From NCBI GenBank assembly GCA_963795085.1, contig CAWCFX010000006.1, positions 704,001 through 768,000 of the forward strand: a stretch of DNA of 64,000 nucleotides. Reading direction: 5' to 3'. The notes under the pieces were generated by a model. That model saw nothing but the letters and a program-made list of their open reading frames with translations. It was not told the origin of the DNA and did no database searches. This DNA comes from an uncultured Gemmatimonadales bacterium. GTDB lineage: Bacteria; Gemmatimonadota; Gemmatimonadetes; Gemmatimonadales; GWC2-71-9. This document shows positions 1-10,786 of this stretch, one piece after another; positions within the stretch are counted from its first letter, which is position 1, and every line of letters starts with the position of its first letter. A program made the translations under genes and the position numbers.

Positions 1-3000
1 CCAGGTGCTCGGCGGTGATGTCCAGCTCGGCGTTCAGGTCCGTCGTCCCGAAGTAGCGGACATTTCCCCGCTGCACCTGGAAATCCCGGGTGACGAACCC
101 GATGTGCAGGGTGTAGGTGCCCCGGATGGCGGTAAAGGTCCCGTCGAACCGGTAGGTCCTCCCGACCTTGTTGGCCAGCACCGCCCCCTCGAGCTGCACG
201 TTCGCGTCGCTGGAGCGCAGCCAGAACTGGTCCTGCACGGTGAGCCGCAGGTCCTGGATATTGAGCGAGTCCAGGAAGACGCTCTGGAAATCGGCGCCCA
301 GCTTGCGGGTGCGAATCAGGGTGGTGTCGATCAGGTCGGCGTACTCCGGGCTCGACAGGTTGACGATCCGCTTGGTCAGCAGGTCGGCGAAGTGGAGCAC
401 CCCGCTGTTGGCCACGATGTCGCCGGTCAGCACCGCCCCGTACACCGGTCCCCGGAGGGTGCCGTTCCCGCTGGCTTCCAGGGTCAGGAAGGTGGGATCG
501 TTGATGGCCAGGAAATTGTCGGCCCGGAGGTCGAGGGCCAGCACCGGGCGGGTCAGCCGCTCCAGCCGGATGCCCCCGGATACCTGGAGTTCTCCGGGAC
601 CGCTGGTGGTCCGGAATCGCCGCACCAGGATGGAATCACCCTGGAAATCGAAGCGGCCGTTCATGTAGCCATAACGGACGCCGAGGCTGGGAAGGGTCGC
701 CGCGCCGTTGATGACCTCCAGGAAGCCCGCCATGCGGGGCGATTCCCAGCTCCCGGTGATCTCGACATCGGTCCGGAGCAGCCCCTGCACCCGGCGGATG
801 GCCGGGGTGAACGCCTCCAGCAGCGCGAGATTGACGCTGTCGGCCTCCGCGTGGATGAAGAGGTCGCCCGGGAGCTGGCGCCGCTCGACCTGGCGGAGCG
901 CGAGATCCAGGGGAAGCCGGGCCTCCACCCGGAGGACCTGCACGCCGGTCCGCCAGAGCAGCAGGTTCGCGTCCAGCCGCTGATCGCGATAATCGAAAAC
1001 CCCCTGCAGGAACGGCGACCGGAAGTCACCCAGGATCAGGTCGCCCAGCATGCCGCTGCCGGAGATGGTCGGCTCGGCCGCGGTCCCCGCGAACTCCACG
1101 TCCATCGAGAGATTCCCGGCAATGCCGGTGGTGTCCCGCTGCAGGAGGGCATAGATATCCCGCAACGAGATCTGCTTCCCTTCCAGGAACAGGTGGCCGG
1201 GGCTGCTGCGCGGCAACTCGCCGTTCACGGTGAACGAGCCGCTCCGGTCATCGGTGACCAGCCGCAGCTCGGTGAACCGCAGCACGTCGCTTCCGATCAC
1301 CACGTCGGCCGGGGCCGCCAGCCGCCAGGTATGTTCAGGGAGGCCGGCCGCAAGGCTGTCGAGCGAGAGGATCCAGCCGCGGCGGCCCTGCTCCCACCAG
1401 CGCCCCCCGCCGGAGAGGTTGGCCCGGTCCCCGGCCCGGAGCGAACCGGACCAGGAGAGGCTGTCGGTCCAGCCGGCGACCGCCACGTTGACCCCGGTGT
1501 AGGCCCCGCCGCCCACCATGATGGAATCCGAGACGACCGTGATGGCAGTTTGGGGCCGGGCGCCGCCGGTCCAGCCCAGGGTGGCCACAGCGCCGGGACT
1601 CCGAATGTCCTGCCACTGGAAGTCCTGCACGACGAGATCCCCCCGGGCCAGCAGCGAATCCACGGAACCCGCCAGGAGAAAATCGGCCTCGGCCGACCCG
1701 CTCAGCGGAACCAGACCGGTCGCGCTGTCGTGCTCTGCCTTCGTGAGGTTAAGCAGCAGCGTGTCGAACGGGGCCAGCGACGCGGCCCTCGCACTCACCG
1801 TCATTTCGCCGGTGTGCGGGTAGCTCCAGCCCAGGGTCCCCCGTCCCGACACCTCGCCGCCGGCCTCGTCGCCGCCCCAGGCCACCGCCAGGGTATCCAC
1901 CGTGAGGACACTGTCGCGGATCGCGAACGCCACGTGCATCGTATCCAGCAGGAACTCGCGGATCAGGCTGGAGTCGAGCGAGACCCAGGCGCTGCCCTCC
2001 GGCGCCCGCAGGGTGTCCGTCACCATGGCTATGAAGGCCCTGCCGTTGAGCCGGGTGGCCACGGTGCTGTCCTGGATGGCCGACAGGTCCAGGCTGGTAA
2101 ACCGCACGTCGAGGCTGTCGGCGCCCAGCCGGGGGGGCAGCAGGGTGACCGCCCCAACAGCCTGCACCGTGCCCAGCTGCCCCTGCACATTGGCGTCAAT
2201 GACCAGCCGGGCCAGGTCGCCGTGGGTCCGCAGCGTGCCCGCCACCTCGCCGCGCAGCGTCAGCGCGGGGAAGGACGAACGCAGGCCGTCGAAATCAACC
2301 GGGTCCAGCACCAGGTCGGACTCCAGCCCCAGGATGGCGCCCCGGGTATCCAGGCGGACCCGGCCCTGGATCGCGCTCAGGTCGCCGTCGCCGTCCCGGT
2401 GTTCCACCCGGCCCTCGAAGCCGACGTTCTTCCATGGCCCCTCGAGGGTGCCGGCCAGCTGGACCCGGCCATTCAACTGTACCGCGGGCGAGACCAGGCG
2501 GACCGACCGGAGGTCGAAATCCGATACCGTCACCAGGAAGTTGTCGAAGACCGCGCCCTCGGGACCGCCCATGTGGAGCACCCCCGCCGCGGTCACGGTG
2601 CTGTTGGCCCCCCCGGCGATCCGCGCGTCGTCAAACCGGATCGCCAGGTCCACGCCCATGCTGTCGAGAAATCCGTGAGCCCCCAGCGTCCCGGTAATGG
2701 TGCCATCGAGGGGGAGGGTGTCGAGATAGGGGCGCGCGATGTCCAGGTTCACCTGGTTCAGCCGCACCCGCATATCGCGGACACCCAGTCCCCGGCGGGT
2801 ATCCAGCACGGCGGTCGCGGCTCCGTCGATGGTGGCGGGCCCCTGCTCCAGGTGGAGGTCGTTCAGCGCATAGACCGCGCGCTGGTTGCCTTCCGAACTG
2901 GCCGCGATGCTGGCCCGGCCGGTCATGTCGGGGAAATCGGGCGAGATCCAGCGCAGGTCCTTGAGATCCAGGCGGGGCGCCTCGAGGGCCAGGTCGTAGA

Positions 3001-3838
3001 GCAGCGTGTCGTCGGGGAAGGACACCACGCCGCCGCCATGAAACGTGGAATTCGGCAGGGCGCCCCGCACCACGCTCACCGTGATGCTGTCGTTCTTGAC
3101 CCGGAGCCGCCCCACGAAATCCCGGATGGTGACACCGGGATCGCTGAACTGGACGGCGAGACTGTCCACCTCGGCCTCCAGCGGGTCCTTCTGGGGCGTG
3201 ACAATACGGAGGAGCGGAAGCCGGGCCGTGAGCGCCTGGGCCACCACCACCTTCTGCAGGCCGTCCCGCCCTTCCTCGATGACCCGGCCCGGCTTGGCCC
3301 GTTCCGCGGCGAGCGCCGCGTTGCGCTCGGCTTCGCTGGTGACGCCGGCCTTGAACCTCCACGGGGTATAGATCCGCACCGTCCCGCTGTCCACCGACAG
3401 CCCCCGCAGTTCCACCAGCGGCGAAGGGCCGCCCCCCGCCGACTCGCCCAGCCGGAGGATCTCTTCGTAGTTCATCCGCCCGTTGCGGTGCTTGATGATC
3501 TGGATGGTCGGCCGCACCAGCCGCACTCCCGTCAGGACGATGCGGTTGGCCAGCAGGTTGGGAAGGCTGTATCCCACTTCCAGGTGGGGGATGTCGGCGA
3601 AGAGCGTGCCCGAGGTGTCCCGGATCGTCAGCCGGTCGATCTCCAGCCCGAAGAGAAACGATCCCGCGATTCTCCCTACTTCGACGTCGCCCCGGAACAG
3701 GGTGTCGATGTAGCGGGAGACGCCCCGGGCCAGCAGGTCCCGGCCGGGGCCGGTCATCGTCAGCGCCACCACGATGCCCAGCACCATGGGGATGGTGCCC
3801 AGCACGATGATGAGAACCGCGTTGACGAAGCGGCGCAT
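1..3838 (-). CDS. tamB: Translocation/assembly module TamB-like protein (runs off the window start)
   Basis: Manual translation from ATG at 3838 gives MRRFVNAVLIIVLGTIPMVLGIVVALTMTGPGRDLLAR..., an N-terminal membrane anchor followed by a long beta-rich AsmA/TamB-like sequence. The start overlaps the TGA of the upstream Omp85 gene. Absent from the ORF track because no stop falls inside the window. Confidence 0.85.
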   Translation of the reverse strand, partial: MRRFVNAVLIIVLGTIPMVLGIVVALTMTGPGRDLLARGVSRYIDTLFRGDVEVGRIAGSFLFGLEIDRLTIRDTSGTLFADIPHLEVGYSLPNLLANRIVLTGVRLVRPTIQIIKHRNGRMNYEEILRLGESAGGGPSPLVELRGLSVDSGTVRIYTPWRFKAGVTSEAERNAALAAERAKPGRVIEEGRDGLQKVVVAQALTARLPLLRIVTPQKDPLEAEVDSLAVQFSDPGVTIRDFVGRLRVKNDSITVSVVRGALPNSTFHGGGVVSFPDDTLLYDLALEAPRLDLKDLRWISPDFPDMTGRASIAASSEGNQRAVYALNDLHLEQGPATIDGAATAVLDTRRGLGVRDMRVRLNQVNLDIARPYLDTLPLDGTITGTLGAHGFLDSMGVDLAIRFDDARIAGGANSTVTAAGVLHMGGPEGAVFDNFLVTVSDFDLRSVRLVSPAVQLNGRVQLAGTLEGPWKNVGFEGRVEHRDGDGDLSAIQGRVRLDTRGAILGLESDLVLDPVDFDGLRSSFPALTLRGEVAGTLRTHGDLARLVIDANVQGQLGTVQAVGAVTLLPPRLGADSLDVRFTSLDLSAIQDSTVATRLNGRAFIAMVTDTLRAPEGSAWVSLDSSLIREFLLDTMHVAFAIRDSVLTVDTLAVAWGGDEAGGEVSGRGTLGWSYPHTGEMTVSARAASLAPFDTLLLNLTKAEHDSATGLVPLSGSAEADFLLAGSVDSLLARGDLVVQDFQWQDIRSPGAVATLGWTGGARPQTAITVVSDSIMVGGGAYTGVNVAVAGWTDSLSWSGSLRAGDRANLSGGGRWWEQGRRGWILSLDSLAAGLPEHTWRLAAPADVVIGSDVLRFTELRLVTDDRSGSFTVNGELPRSSPGHLFLEGKQISLRDIYALLQRDTTGIAGNLSMDVEFAGTAAEPTISGSGMLGDLILGDFRSPFLQGVFDYRDQRLDANLLLWRTGVQVLRVEARLPLDLALRQVERRQLPGDLFIHAEADSVNLALLEAFTPAIRRVQGLLRTDVEITGSWESPRMAGFLEVINGAATLPSLGVRYGYMNGRFDFQGDSILVRRFRTTSGPGELQVSGGIRLERLTRPVLALDLRADNFLAINDPTFLTLEASGNGTLRGPVYGAVLTGDIVANSGVLHFADLLTKRIVNLSSPEYADLIDTTLIRTRKLGADFQSVFLDSLNIQDLRLTVQDQFWLRSSDANVQLEGAVLANKVGRTYRFDGTFTAIRGTYTLHIGFVTRDFQVQRGNVRYFGTTDLNAELDITAEHL

Positions 3839-5976
3839 CAGAAGGGCTGCCCGATGGCGAACTGGAACGTGATGGACGAGCCTTTGCCGCGGGCAAAGTC
3901 GTCGGCGATCTTGACCAGGTCGCCGGTGGCGAGCGACGAGCGGTAAAGCGCCCCCGGCTGCCGCTCATAGCCGTTGTAGGCGATATCCAGCCGGGCCGGC
4001 CCCAGGGGAGTCCCGATCCGGAACCCGAACCCCGGGGTGAACCGGAGACTCGCGGGAGCCACGTCCTGGCGCCCCCGCTCCCACACGGTGCCCGCATCCA
4101 GGAAGAACGCGATCTTCATCCGGTTGGACAGGACCGGCGAAGGGATGCGCAGTTCCACGTTGCCCACCGCGAGGGTGTTGCCCCCGGTCGCCGCGAACCG
4201 CACCGGCAGCGAGTCGCGCTGGATCAGCTGAAGAATGCGGGTCGTGTCGGTCTCGCTGGTCTCGACCACATACACCAGGGGTCCCAGTTCATTCCGCTGG
4301 AACCCGCGCACGTCGTTGGGGCCGCCGCCATAGAACCGCTCCTCGGGGGGAATGAAACTCACCGTCTGGGACGCGAACTCCACCTGGGGCGCGAAAATCG
4401 CCCCCAGGCGGAACCGCCAGCTCAGCACGATGTCCCGGTCCAGTTCCCGGTACCAGGCGGCATTGCCGATCAGCTTCACGAACTCCTGGGTCGTGGCGGA
4501 GCCCAGCAGCCGTGAGCTGACGGTGGCTTCGGCAGAATGGAGATGCCCCTGGCTGGGATCGAGCGTGCTGTTGACCCGCGGCAGCGAGATCGACCCGGTC
4601 AGGGTGCCGAGAAACCGCTTCTGCCGCAGCAGGGCCACGTCCTCGCCGGTGCAGGCGCTGAAGAAGGCGCAGAAACTCGCCGCCGAGGCCTCGGTGCCCC
4701 CGTAGGAGAGCTTGTAGCTCACGGTCAGCGGGACACGTTTGAGTCCCTCCCGGCGGACCGTAAAGCTGCCGCCCAACTCCTCGCGGAGATAGATCTTGAA
4801 TTCCGACCGGCGGTCGGCGAAGAGCGACACCGTGGCCGTATTCAGGGGCCCGAGGAACCCCGGCTGCTCCAGCGAGGCCGTCAGGTTGTAGTTGAGCTTG
4901 TCGGAGCCGATGGAGTCCTCGGCGAGCAGTCCGCAGACGGAGTTCTGGAACCCGGCGTCCAGCGGGTCGGCTACGCCAACCTTGGAGAGCCGGCCGGAAA
5001 GATCCAGGATTCGACCGCCGCCGCTGAAATTGCGGGCCCGCCACCCCGCGCTGCCCCGGACGCAATCGGTGGTGCCGTAGCCCAGGCTGGCCCGGGCCCG
5101 GTGCCCCCGTCCCGGCCGGATCCGGGCCAGCAGGGGGACCGAGGAGTCGCCGGAGGGAAAGCTGGCCGAATCGATCTGCACCGAGGCAAACTGGAACAGC
5201 TCGGTGCGGTACAGGTTGCGCTGGCTGATGAACAGTTCTTCCTGGGAAAAGAGCCGCCCCGGGCGCGCGGGGACCATCTTGCGGACAAACGAGGTATCGA
5301 TCGGGCTTTCGCCCTCCACCCGGATCGATTCGATCGTGGACAGCGGACCGGGAACCACGTCGAGGGTGACCTCCGCCTCCCGGGTCTCCACGTTCTGCTC
5401 GAAATTCCGGAACACCAGGGCCGCCGGATAGCCCCGGTTGCGCAGCCGCCGCACCAGCGAGTCGGAGGAGGCCGCCATCAGGTAGCGATTGAAGGGGTCC
5501 CCTTCGCGGAGCGGCAGGTTCCCGGTGATGGAACTCTTGCTCTGCACCTCCCGGATGCCGGTCACCGCCATGCTGGTCACCACCACCGGCTCGCCCTCGG
5601 TAATCTTGAAGGTGATCTTGACCGTCTCGTCGGTCCGCCGGACCAGGGTGTCCACCTGGACATCCGGAAAGCCGCTGTACTTGTAGATGACCCCGATGCG
5701 CAGCACGTCCGCGACGAACTCGCGCTCGTTGAAGTAGCGCTTCTCGCCCAGGAACCCCAGCCAGCGAAAGGGAACCGTCCGGGCGAACCAGCCCGAGTTG
5801 GTGGTGGAAATACCGGTGGCGAGGACGGTGGCCGGGATGTGGTCGTTGCCCTGGAACTCGAGCCCCATGACAATGCGCTGCGGTTCCTGCGCGGCAAGAT
5901 TCCCCCCCATGCCGAGGAACAGGACCATCGCCAGGATTCGATCACCACGCGCCACCCAGTCGGAGAATACCCGCAA
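3838..5976 (-). CDS. tamA: BamA/TamA (Omp85) family outer membrane protein
   Basis: POTRA-like N-terminal repeats, RFYGGGPNDVRGF motif, GFRIGTPLGPARLDIAY, C-terminal IGQPF. Translationally coupled to tamB. Confidence 0.9.
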   Translation of the reverse strand: MRVFSDWVARGDRILAMVLFLGMGGNLAAQEPQRIVMGLEFQGNDHIPATVLATGISTTNSGWFARTVPFRWLGFLGEKRYFNEREFVADVLRIGVIYKYSGFPDVQVDTLVRRTDETVKITFKITEGEPVVVTSMAVTGIREVQSKSSITGNLPLREGDPFNRYLMAASSDSLVRRLRNRGYPAALVFRNFEQNVETREAEVTLDVVPGPLSTIESIRVEGESPIDTSFVRKMVPARPGRLFSQEELFISQRNLYRTELFQFASVQIDSASFPSGDSSVPLLARIRPGRGHRARASLGYGTTDCVRGSAGWRARNFSGGGRILDLSGRLSKVGVADPLDAGFQNSVCGLLAEDSIGSDKLNYNLTASLEQPGFLGPLNTATVSLFADRRSEFKIYLREELGGSFTVRREGLKRVPLTVSYKLSYGGTEASAASFCAFFSACTGEDVALLRQKRFLGTLTGSISLPRVNSTLDPSQGHLHSAEATVSSRLLGSATTQEFVKLIGNAAWYRELDRDIVLSWRFRLGAIFAPQVEFASQTVSFIPPEERFYGGGPNDVRGFQRNELGPLVYVVETSETDTTRILQLIQRDSLPVRFAATGGNTLAVGNVELRIPSPVLSNRMKIAFFLDAGTVWERGRQDVAPASLRFTPGFGFRIGTPLGPARLDIAYNGYERQPGALYRSSLATGDLVKIADDFARGKGSSITFQFAIGQPF

Positions 5977-6086
5977 AGCACTTCCTTATTTAATTGACGA
6001 TGCCCCGTAACCTCAGTAGTTTGGCGGTGTTACAGCCAAGTGTCAACTTATTGGGCGGCAGCCCTCCACTGGCGAATCGAGGCGAT

Positions 6087-7622
6087 ATGCGCCGCTGGCT
6101 CCTAACTTCGCTCTTCCTCCTGTCCGGGTGCGGTGACGGAAGCACCCCGGGCACCCTGCAGTACTATTTCACCTATGATCCCCGCTCCCTGGATCCGGCC
6201 CTCTCCACCGATGTGCCGACCGGCGAGGTGGTCGCCCTGCTCTTCGACAACCTGACCCAGTTCAACGTCGACGGTGACCTGGAACCGGGCCTCGCCTCCC
6301 GGTGGACCACCGACTCGTCGGGGATGGTGTACACCTTCCATCTCCGCGGGGGCGCCGCCTTTCACGATGGGGCGGTCGTGACCGCGGAGCATGTGCGGCA
6401 GTCCTTCCTGCGCGCCCTGGATCCCCAGACCCGGAGCGGGCGGGCGTGGCCGCTCTTTCCCATCGCGGGGGCCCGCGGGTACGCCAACGGCGATGCCGGC
6501 GCGGTCCGCGGCATCGAGACACCTGACGATTCCACGGTGGTGCTGACCCTGGACGAGCCGCTCAACGTGTTCCCCAAGCTGCTCGCCATGCCGGTGGCGG
6601 CGGTCACCCCCGCGCCGGTAGACGCCTCCTTTGCGCAGCAGCCGGTCGGGAGCGGCCCCTGGAAGTTCGTGTCCTGGTCCCATGACGACGCGATCCTGCT
6701 GGCCAGGAACGACGCGTACTGGGGCCCGAAACCGGCCGCCGAGTCGCTCCGCATCCGGATCATTCCGGAGGCGCTGACCCAGGCCGCCGAGTACGAGTCG
6801 GGCCAGCTGAGCGTGGTGGAGATTCCCTTCGGGGAGAGCCGGCGGTGGGAGACGGAGCATGGCGACGAGATCCTCCGGCGCCCGGCCATCCGCGATGCCT
6901 ACATCGCCATTAACACGACCCGGGGCCCGCTCCGGGACGTGCGGGTGCGGCGCGCGCTCAATCATGCGGTGGACATGCCCACCATTCTCCGCACGGTGAT
7001 CGGGGGCCGCGGCATCCAGGCCGCGGGCGCGCTGCCCCCCGGGATCCTCGGGTACGATTCCACCCGGGCGCCCTACGCCTACGACCCGGCACGAGCCCGC
7101 CAGCTCCTGGCCGAGGCCGGGTATGGGAACGGCTTTTCGCTCAAGCTGTGGCGCACCGCGCGGGAACAGTACTCCCGGATCGCGCAGGCGGTGCAGCAGC
7201 AGCTGGGCGTGGTCGGCATCACGGTGGAGATTGTCGAGCGGGACGCATCCTCGGCCCGGTCCGCCGCCCGCAACGGCGAGACCGATCTCTTCCTCACCGA
7301 CTGGTACGCCGACTACCCCGATCCCGAGAACTTCAACTACCCGCTGTTCTATTCCGGCAGCAAGGGCCCCGGCGGGAACTACGCGTTCTATGAGAACGCG
7401 GCGCTCGATTCCATGATCCTCCGGGCCCGCGCCACCCTCGATATGGCGGAAAAGGAGCGGCTCTCCCGCGAGATTGACCAGCGGGTATTCGACGCGGCGC
7501 CCTGGATTTTCGCCTACTTTCCGGTGGACTGGTGGGCCCGGAAGCCGGAGGTGAGCGGATGGGAGATCCCGGCCATCTTCAACGGGCAGCGCTGGGTCAA
7601 CGCGCGGGTCACGGCGCCATAA
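6087..7622 (+). CDS. Peptide/nickel ABC transporter substrate-binding lipoprotein (family 5)
   Basis: Lipobox LSGC, DPRSLDPA, PGLASRW, YTFHLR..FHDG, PVGSGPWKF. Start taken at ATG 6087 after a GAGG RBS. Confidence 0.92.
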   Translation: MRRWLLTSLFLLSGCGDGSTPGTLQYYFTYDPRSLDPALSTDVPTGEVVALLFDNLTQFNVDGDLEPGLASRWTTDSSGMVYTFHLRGGAAFHDGAVVTAEHVRQSFLRALDPQTRSGRAWPLFPIAGARGYANGDAGAVRGIETPDDSTVVLTLDEPLNVFPKLLAMPVAAVTPAPVDASFAQQPVGSGPWKFVSWSHDDAILLARNDAYWGPKPAAESLRIRIIPEALTQAAEYESGQLSVVEIPFGESRRWETEHGDEILRRPAIRDAYIAINTTRGPLRDVRVRRALNHAVDMPTILRTVIGGRGIQAAGALPPGILGYDSTRAPYAYDPARARQLLAEAGYGNGFSLKLWRTAREQYSRIAQAVQQQLGVVGITVEIVERDASSARSAARNGETDLFLTDWYADYPDPENFNYPLFYSGSKGPGGNYAFYENAALDSMILRARATLDMAEKERLSREIDQRVFDAAPWIFAYFPVDWWARKPEVSGWEIPAIFNGQRWVNARVTAP

Positions 7623-7741
7623 ACCTGCTCCCCGCAGCGGACCGGATACCTTTCGAGCCCCGCCCGGAAAAGGACGGCCATGCAACCTGGTAGCATCCCC
7701 GCGGCCCGCGCGCGATCCCGGCAAACTCCGGGAGGAACCCA

Positions 7742-8662
7742 ATGAAGGCATTCCTGGCCCGGCGCCTCCTGCTGCTGATCCCGACCCTGCTCGGCGTGCT
7801 GGTGGTGGCCTTTCTGCTGCTCTACGTGGCGCCCGGCGACCCGGTGCTCTCCATGGTGGGCGAGCGGGCCGACGCCGAAACCATCGCCCGGCTGCGGGCC
7901 GAGCTCCGCCTCGACGATCCCCTGCCCCGCCAGTTCGCCCACTACGTGGGGGGCGTGGTCCAGGGCGACCTCGGCACCTCGTACATCACCAACCGCCCCA
8001 TCCTGCAGGACCTGCTGGAACGATTTCCGGCGACCCTCCGGCTGGCCACCGCCGCCATGGTCTTCGCCACCACCCTCGGCATCCTGATCGGGATATACGG
8101 CGCCTGGCGGCCGGGCACCTGGTTCGACCGCTTCACCACCCTGGGCGCCTACCTCGGCGTCTCCTTCCCGGTGTACTGGGTAGGGTTGCTGCTCATCCTG
8201 ATTTTCGCCGTGGGGCTCCGCTGGCTGCCGCCCTCCGGCTCCGGCGGGTTTCTCTTTCTCATTCTGCCCGCGGTGACCCTGGGCATGCGGTCGGTCGCCT
8301 TCCTCGCGCGGATGACCCGGGCCGCCATGCAGGAGGTCCTGCGCAGCGATTTCATCCGGACCGCGCGCGCCCGAGGCCTCGGCGAGATGCGGGTCGTGCT
8401 CAGCCATGGGCTCCGCAATGCGCTGCTCCCGGTGATCACCGTGCTGGGCCTGGATTTCGGCAGCTACCTCACCGGGTCAATCCTGACCGAAACCATCTTC
8501 TCCTGGCCCGGCGTAGGGCGATATGTCCTGACGGCGATCGAGAAGCGGGATCTCCCGGCCGTGCAGGGCAGCATACTCTTCCTCAGCCTGGTATTCGTGT
8601 TTGTCAACCTCATCACAGACCTGGTCTATGCGAAAGTGGATCCCCGGGTGGCGTATGACTGA
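7742..8662 (+). CDS. Peptide ABC transporter permease (DppB/OppB-like)
   Basis: APGDPV, GDLGTSY, DFIRTARARGL EAA-like loop, TETIFSWPGVG. GGAGGA RBS. Confidence 0.93.
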   Translation: MKAFLARRLLLLIPTLLGVLVVAFLLLYVAPGDPVLSMVGERADAETIARLRAELRLDDPLPRQFAHYVGGVVQGDLGTSYITNRPILQDLLERFPATLRLATAAMVFATTLGILIGIYGAWRPGTWFDRFTTLGAYLGVSFPVYWVGLLLILIFAVGLRWLPPSGSGGFLFLILPAVTLGMRSVAFLARMTRAAMQEVLRSDFIRTARARGLGEMRVVLSHGLRNALLPVITVLGLDFGSYLTGSILTETIFSWPGVGRYVLTAIEKRDLPAVQGSILFLSLVFVFVNLITDLVYAKVDPRVAYD

Positions 8663-10148
8663 GCGGGCGGCCGGCTGGCCCGCGGCCCTGATGGCACTGC
8701 TCGCCCTGGCGGCGGCCGTGTCCCCCCTGGCCGGGCAATCGCTGCAGCAGCGAATTGATGCCCGGCTGGACGCCCCGCCGTTCAACCGGGCACTCTGGGG
8801 CGTGAGCCTGGTGGACGAGACCGGCCGCCAGCTCTATGGCCGCAATGCCGACCGGCTCTTCATCCCCGCCAGCAATACCAAGCTGGTGGTGACCACGGTG
8901 GCGGCCGCCCTGATGGCCCCCGACTGGAAGGTAAAGACCAGCCTGTACGGCGGCGGCCCGGTGGTGGACGGCGTGCTCCAGGGCGACTTGATCCTCTACG
9001 GCCGCGGCGACCCGACCTTCAGCAACCGCTGCTACGGCACCGACACCACGAAGTCCGGCGCCTGCGACCGGGACCTCTTCGCCCGGTTCCGGGAGCTGGC
9101 CCAGGCGCTCCGCGGCCGCGGGATCACCGCCGTCGCCGGCGACCTGGTGGGCGATGGAAGCTATTTCGAACCCCAGATCGTCCATGGCGGATGGGAGACG
9201 TACGACCTCAACTGGTGGTACGCGGCACCGGTGTCCGCGCTGGCCTTCAACGACAACAGCATCGACATCAAGTGGGGCCCCGGCCCCAGGCCGGGTGCAC
9301 CCGCCACGGTCGCCATCACTCCCTGGCTGGGCGACCTGAGCTTCGAGAACCGGAGCCGCACCAGGGAAAGCGGCGGCGATAACCTGGATTTCTTCCGCGC
9401 CCCGGGTACCCTCGAGCTCCGTGCCGAAGGCCACGTGGTCCAGTCGAGCGGCGGCGGCACCGAGTATTTCGCGATGCCCGATCCCAACCTTTTCACCGCG
9501 CGGGCCCTCCGCAAGGCGCTGGCCGAGGCCGGCGTCAGCGTGCTGGGCGCCACCCGGTCCACGACCGATTCGATACTGTACCGGCACCTGCGGGCGGCTC
9601 CCGCGCTGGCCGAGGTGGAGAGCCGGCCCCTGTCCGACTGGATCTTTCCCATTCTCAATACCAGCCAGAACCTGTTTGCCGAGATGCTGCTCAAGCAACT
9701 GGGCCGGATCTTCGGAGCGGGCGGATCCTGGAACGAAGGGCTCAAGGTCGAGCGCCGGTTCCTGATCGACTCCGTGGGCATCGATTCCACCGCGATGAGC
9801 CTGAGCGACGGGTCGGGACTCTCCAGCGTGAACCTGGTCAGCCCCCGGGCGTTTACCCAGATGCTGCGGTTCATGCGGCGGCACCCCCGCTGGCCCGCCT
9901 TTGGGGCCGCCCTCCCCCAGTCGGGCGAGCGCGGTTCGCTCCGTAACCGGTTCAAGAACACGCCGCTGGAGGGTAGGGTCTGGGCCAAGACAGGAAGCAT
10001 CTCCCGGGTCAACACCCTGTCGGGGATCATCGAGCCGGGCGGCGGGCGGCGGCTGTTTTTCTCGGTCCAGGCCAACCACCATACCCTTCCCAGCCGGCAG
10101 ATCCTGGCCCAGATTGACAGCATCGTCGTGGAAATGGGAAAGCCATAG
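8655..10148 (+). CDS. dacB: D-alanyl-D-alanine carboxypeptidase/endopeptidase (PBP4, S13)
   Basis: PASNTK (SxxK), SQN (SxN), DGSGLS, AKTG motifs; signal peptide. Confidence 0.93.
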   Translation: MTERAAGWPAALMALLALAAAVSPLAGQSLQQRIDARLDAPPFNRALWGVSLVDETGRQLYGRNADRLFIPASNTKLVVTTVAAALMAPDWKVKTSLYGGGPVVDGVLQGDLILYGRGDPTFSNRCYGTDTTKSGACDRDLFARFRELAQALRGRGITAVAGDLVGDGSYFEPQIVHGGWETYDLNWWYAAPVSALAFNDNSIDIKWGPGPRPGAPATVAITPWLGDLSFENRSRTRESGGDNLDFFRAPGTLELRAEGHVVQSSGGGTEYFAMPDPNLFTARALRKALAEAGVSVLGATRSTTDSILYRHLRAAPALAEVESRPLSDWIFPILNTSQNLFAEMLLKQLGRIFGAGGSWNEGLKVERRFLIDSVGIDSTAMSLSDGSGLSSVNLVSPRAFTQMLRFMRRHPRWPAFGAALPQSGERGSLRNRFKNTPLEGRVWAKTGSISRVNTLSGIIEPGGGRRLFFSVQANHHTLPSRQILAQIDSIVVEMGKP

Positions 10149-10160
10149 CGATTCGGCCCC

Positions 10161-10288
10161 TGTCCCACTGTCCCACTGTCCCACTGTCCCACTGTCCCAC
10201 TGACCCACTGTCCCACTGACCCACTGTCCCACTGTCCCACTGATCCCACTGTCCCACTGACCCACTGACCCACTGACCCACTGATCCC
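10161..10288. repeat. Octamer tandem array, C-rich orientation (TGTCCCAC/TGACCCAC), solo arm
   Basis: Directly visible; fills the dacB-sixA gap up to the sixA ATG. Confidence 0.97.
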
Positions 10289-10786
10289 ATGCTCCTTCTC
10301 ATCGTACGCCACGCCCGGGCCGGAGAACAGGACCCGACCCGTTACCCGGATGACGCCGAGCGACCGCTGACGAAGGAGGGCAAGCGAATCCACGCCCGGG
10401 TGAGCGAGGAGCTGGCCCGGCGGGGTCTGGTTCCGGACGCCATCCTCTCCAGCCCCTGGAAACGCGCCTGGCAGACGGCAGAGATCATGGCGAAGGAGTT
10501 TTCCGGAGAGAAGAGCCGGCTGCAGCCCAAGTCCGCGCCATCGCTGGCGCAAGCGCCGGAAATCGAAGCCATCCGGGCCGAGATCGAAGGGTTGGGGGGC
10601 AGCGGCACCATTGCGCTGGTGGGGCACGAGCCCTGGCTCGGCCAGCTGGCCTCGCTGCTGCTGACCGGCGGACCCAACCGCGCCGAGGTGGATTTTCCCA
10701 AGAGCGGGGTGCTGGGCATCGAAACCGCGAGCATCGAGGCGGGCGCCGGCAGCCTGCAGTTCTTCCTCCGGCCCAAACTGCTTTGA
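10289..10786 (+). CDS. sixA: Phosphohistidine phosphatase SixA
   Basis: LIVRHARA, RPLTKEG, SSPWKRAWQTA, LVGHEP. Confidence 0.9.
   Translation: MLLLIVRHARAGEQDPTRYPDDAERPLTKEGKRIHARVSEELARRGLVPDAILSSPWKRAWQTAEIMAKEFSGEKSRLQPKSAPSLAQAPEIEAIRAEIEGLGGSGTIALVGHEPWLGQLASLLLTGGPNRAEVDFPKSGVLGIETASIEAGAGSLQFFLRPKLL

Noticed and set aside
5..3946. 1313-aa plus-strand ORF and many other long antisense ORFs
   Set aside because: These are shadow ORFs of real opposite-strand genes (here tamB), typical of high-GC DNA, with no recognisable motifs.
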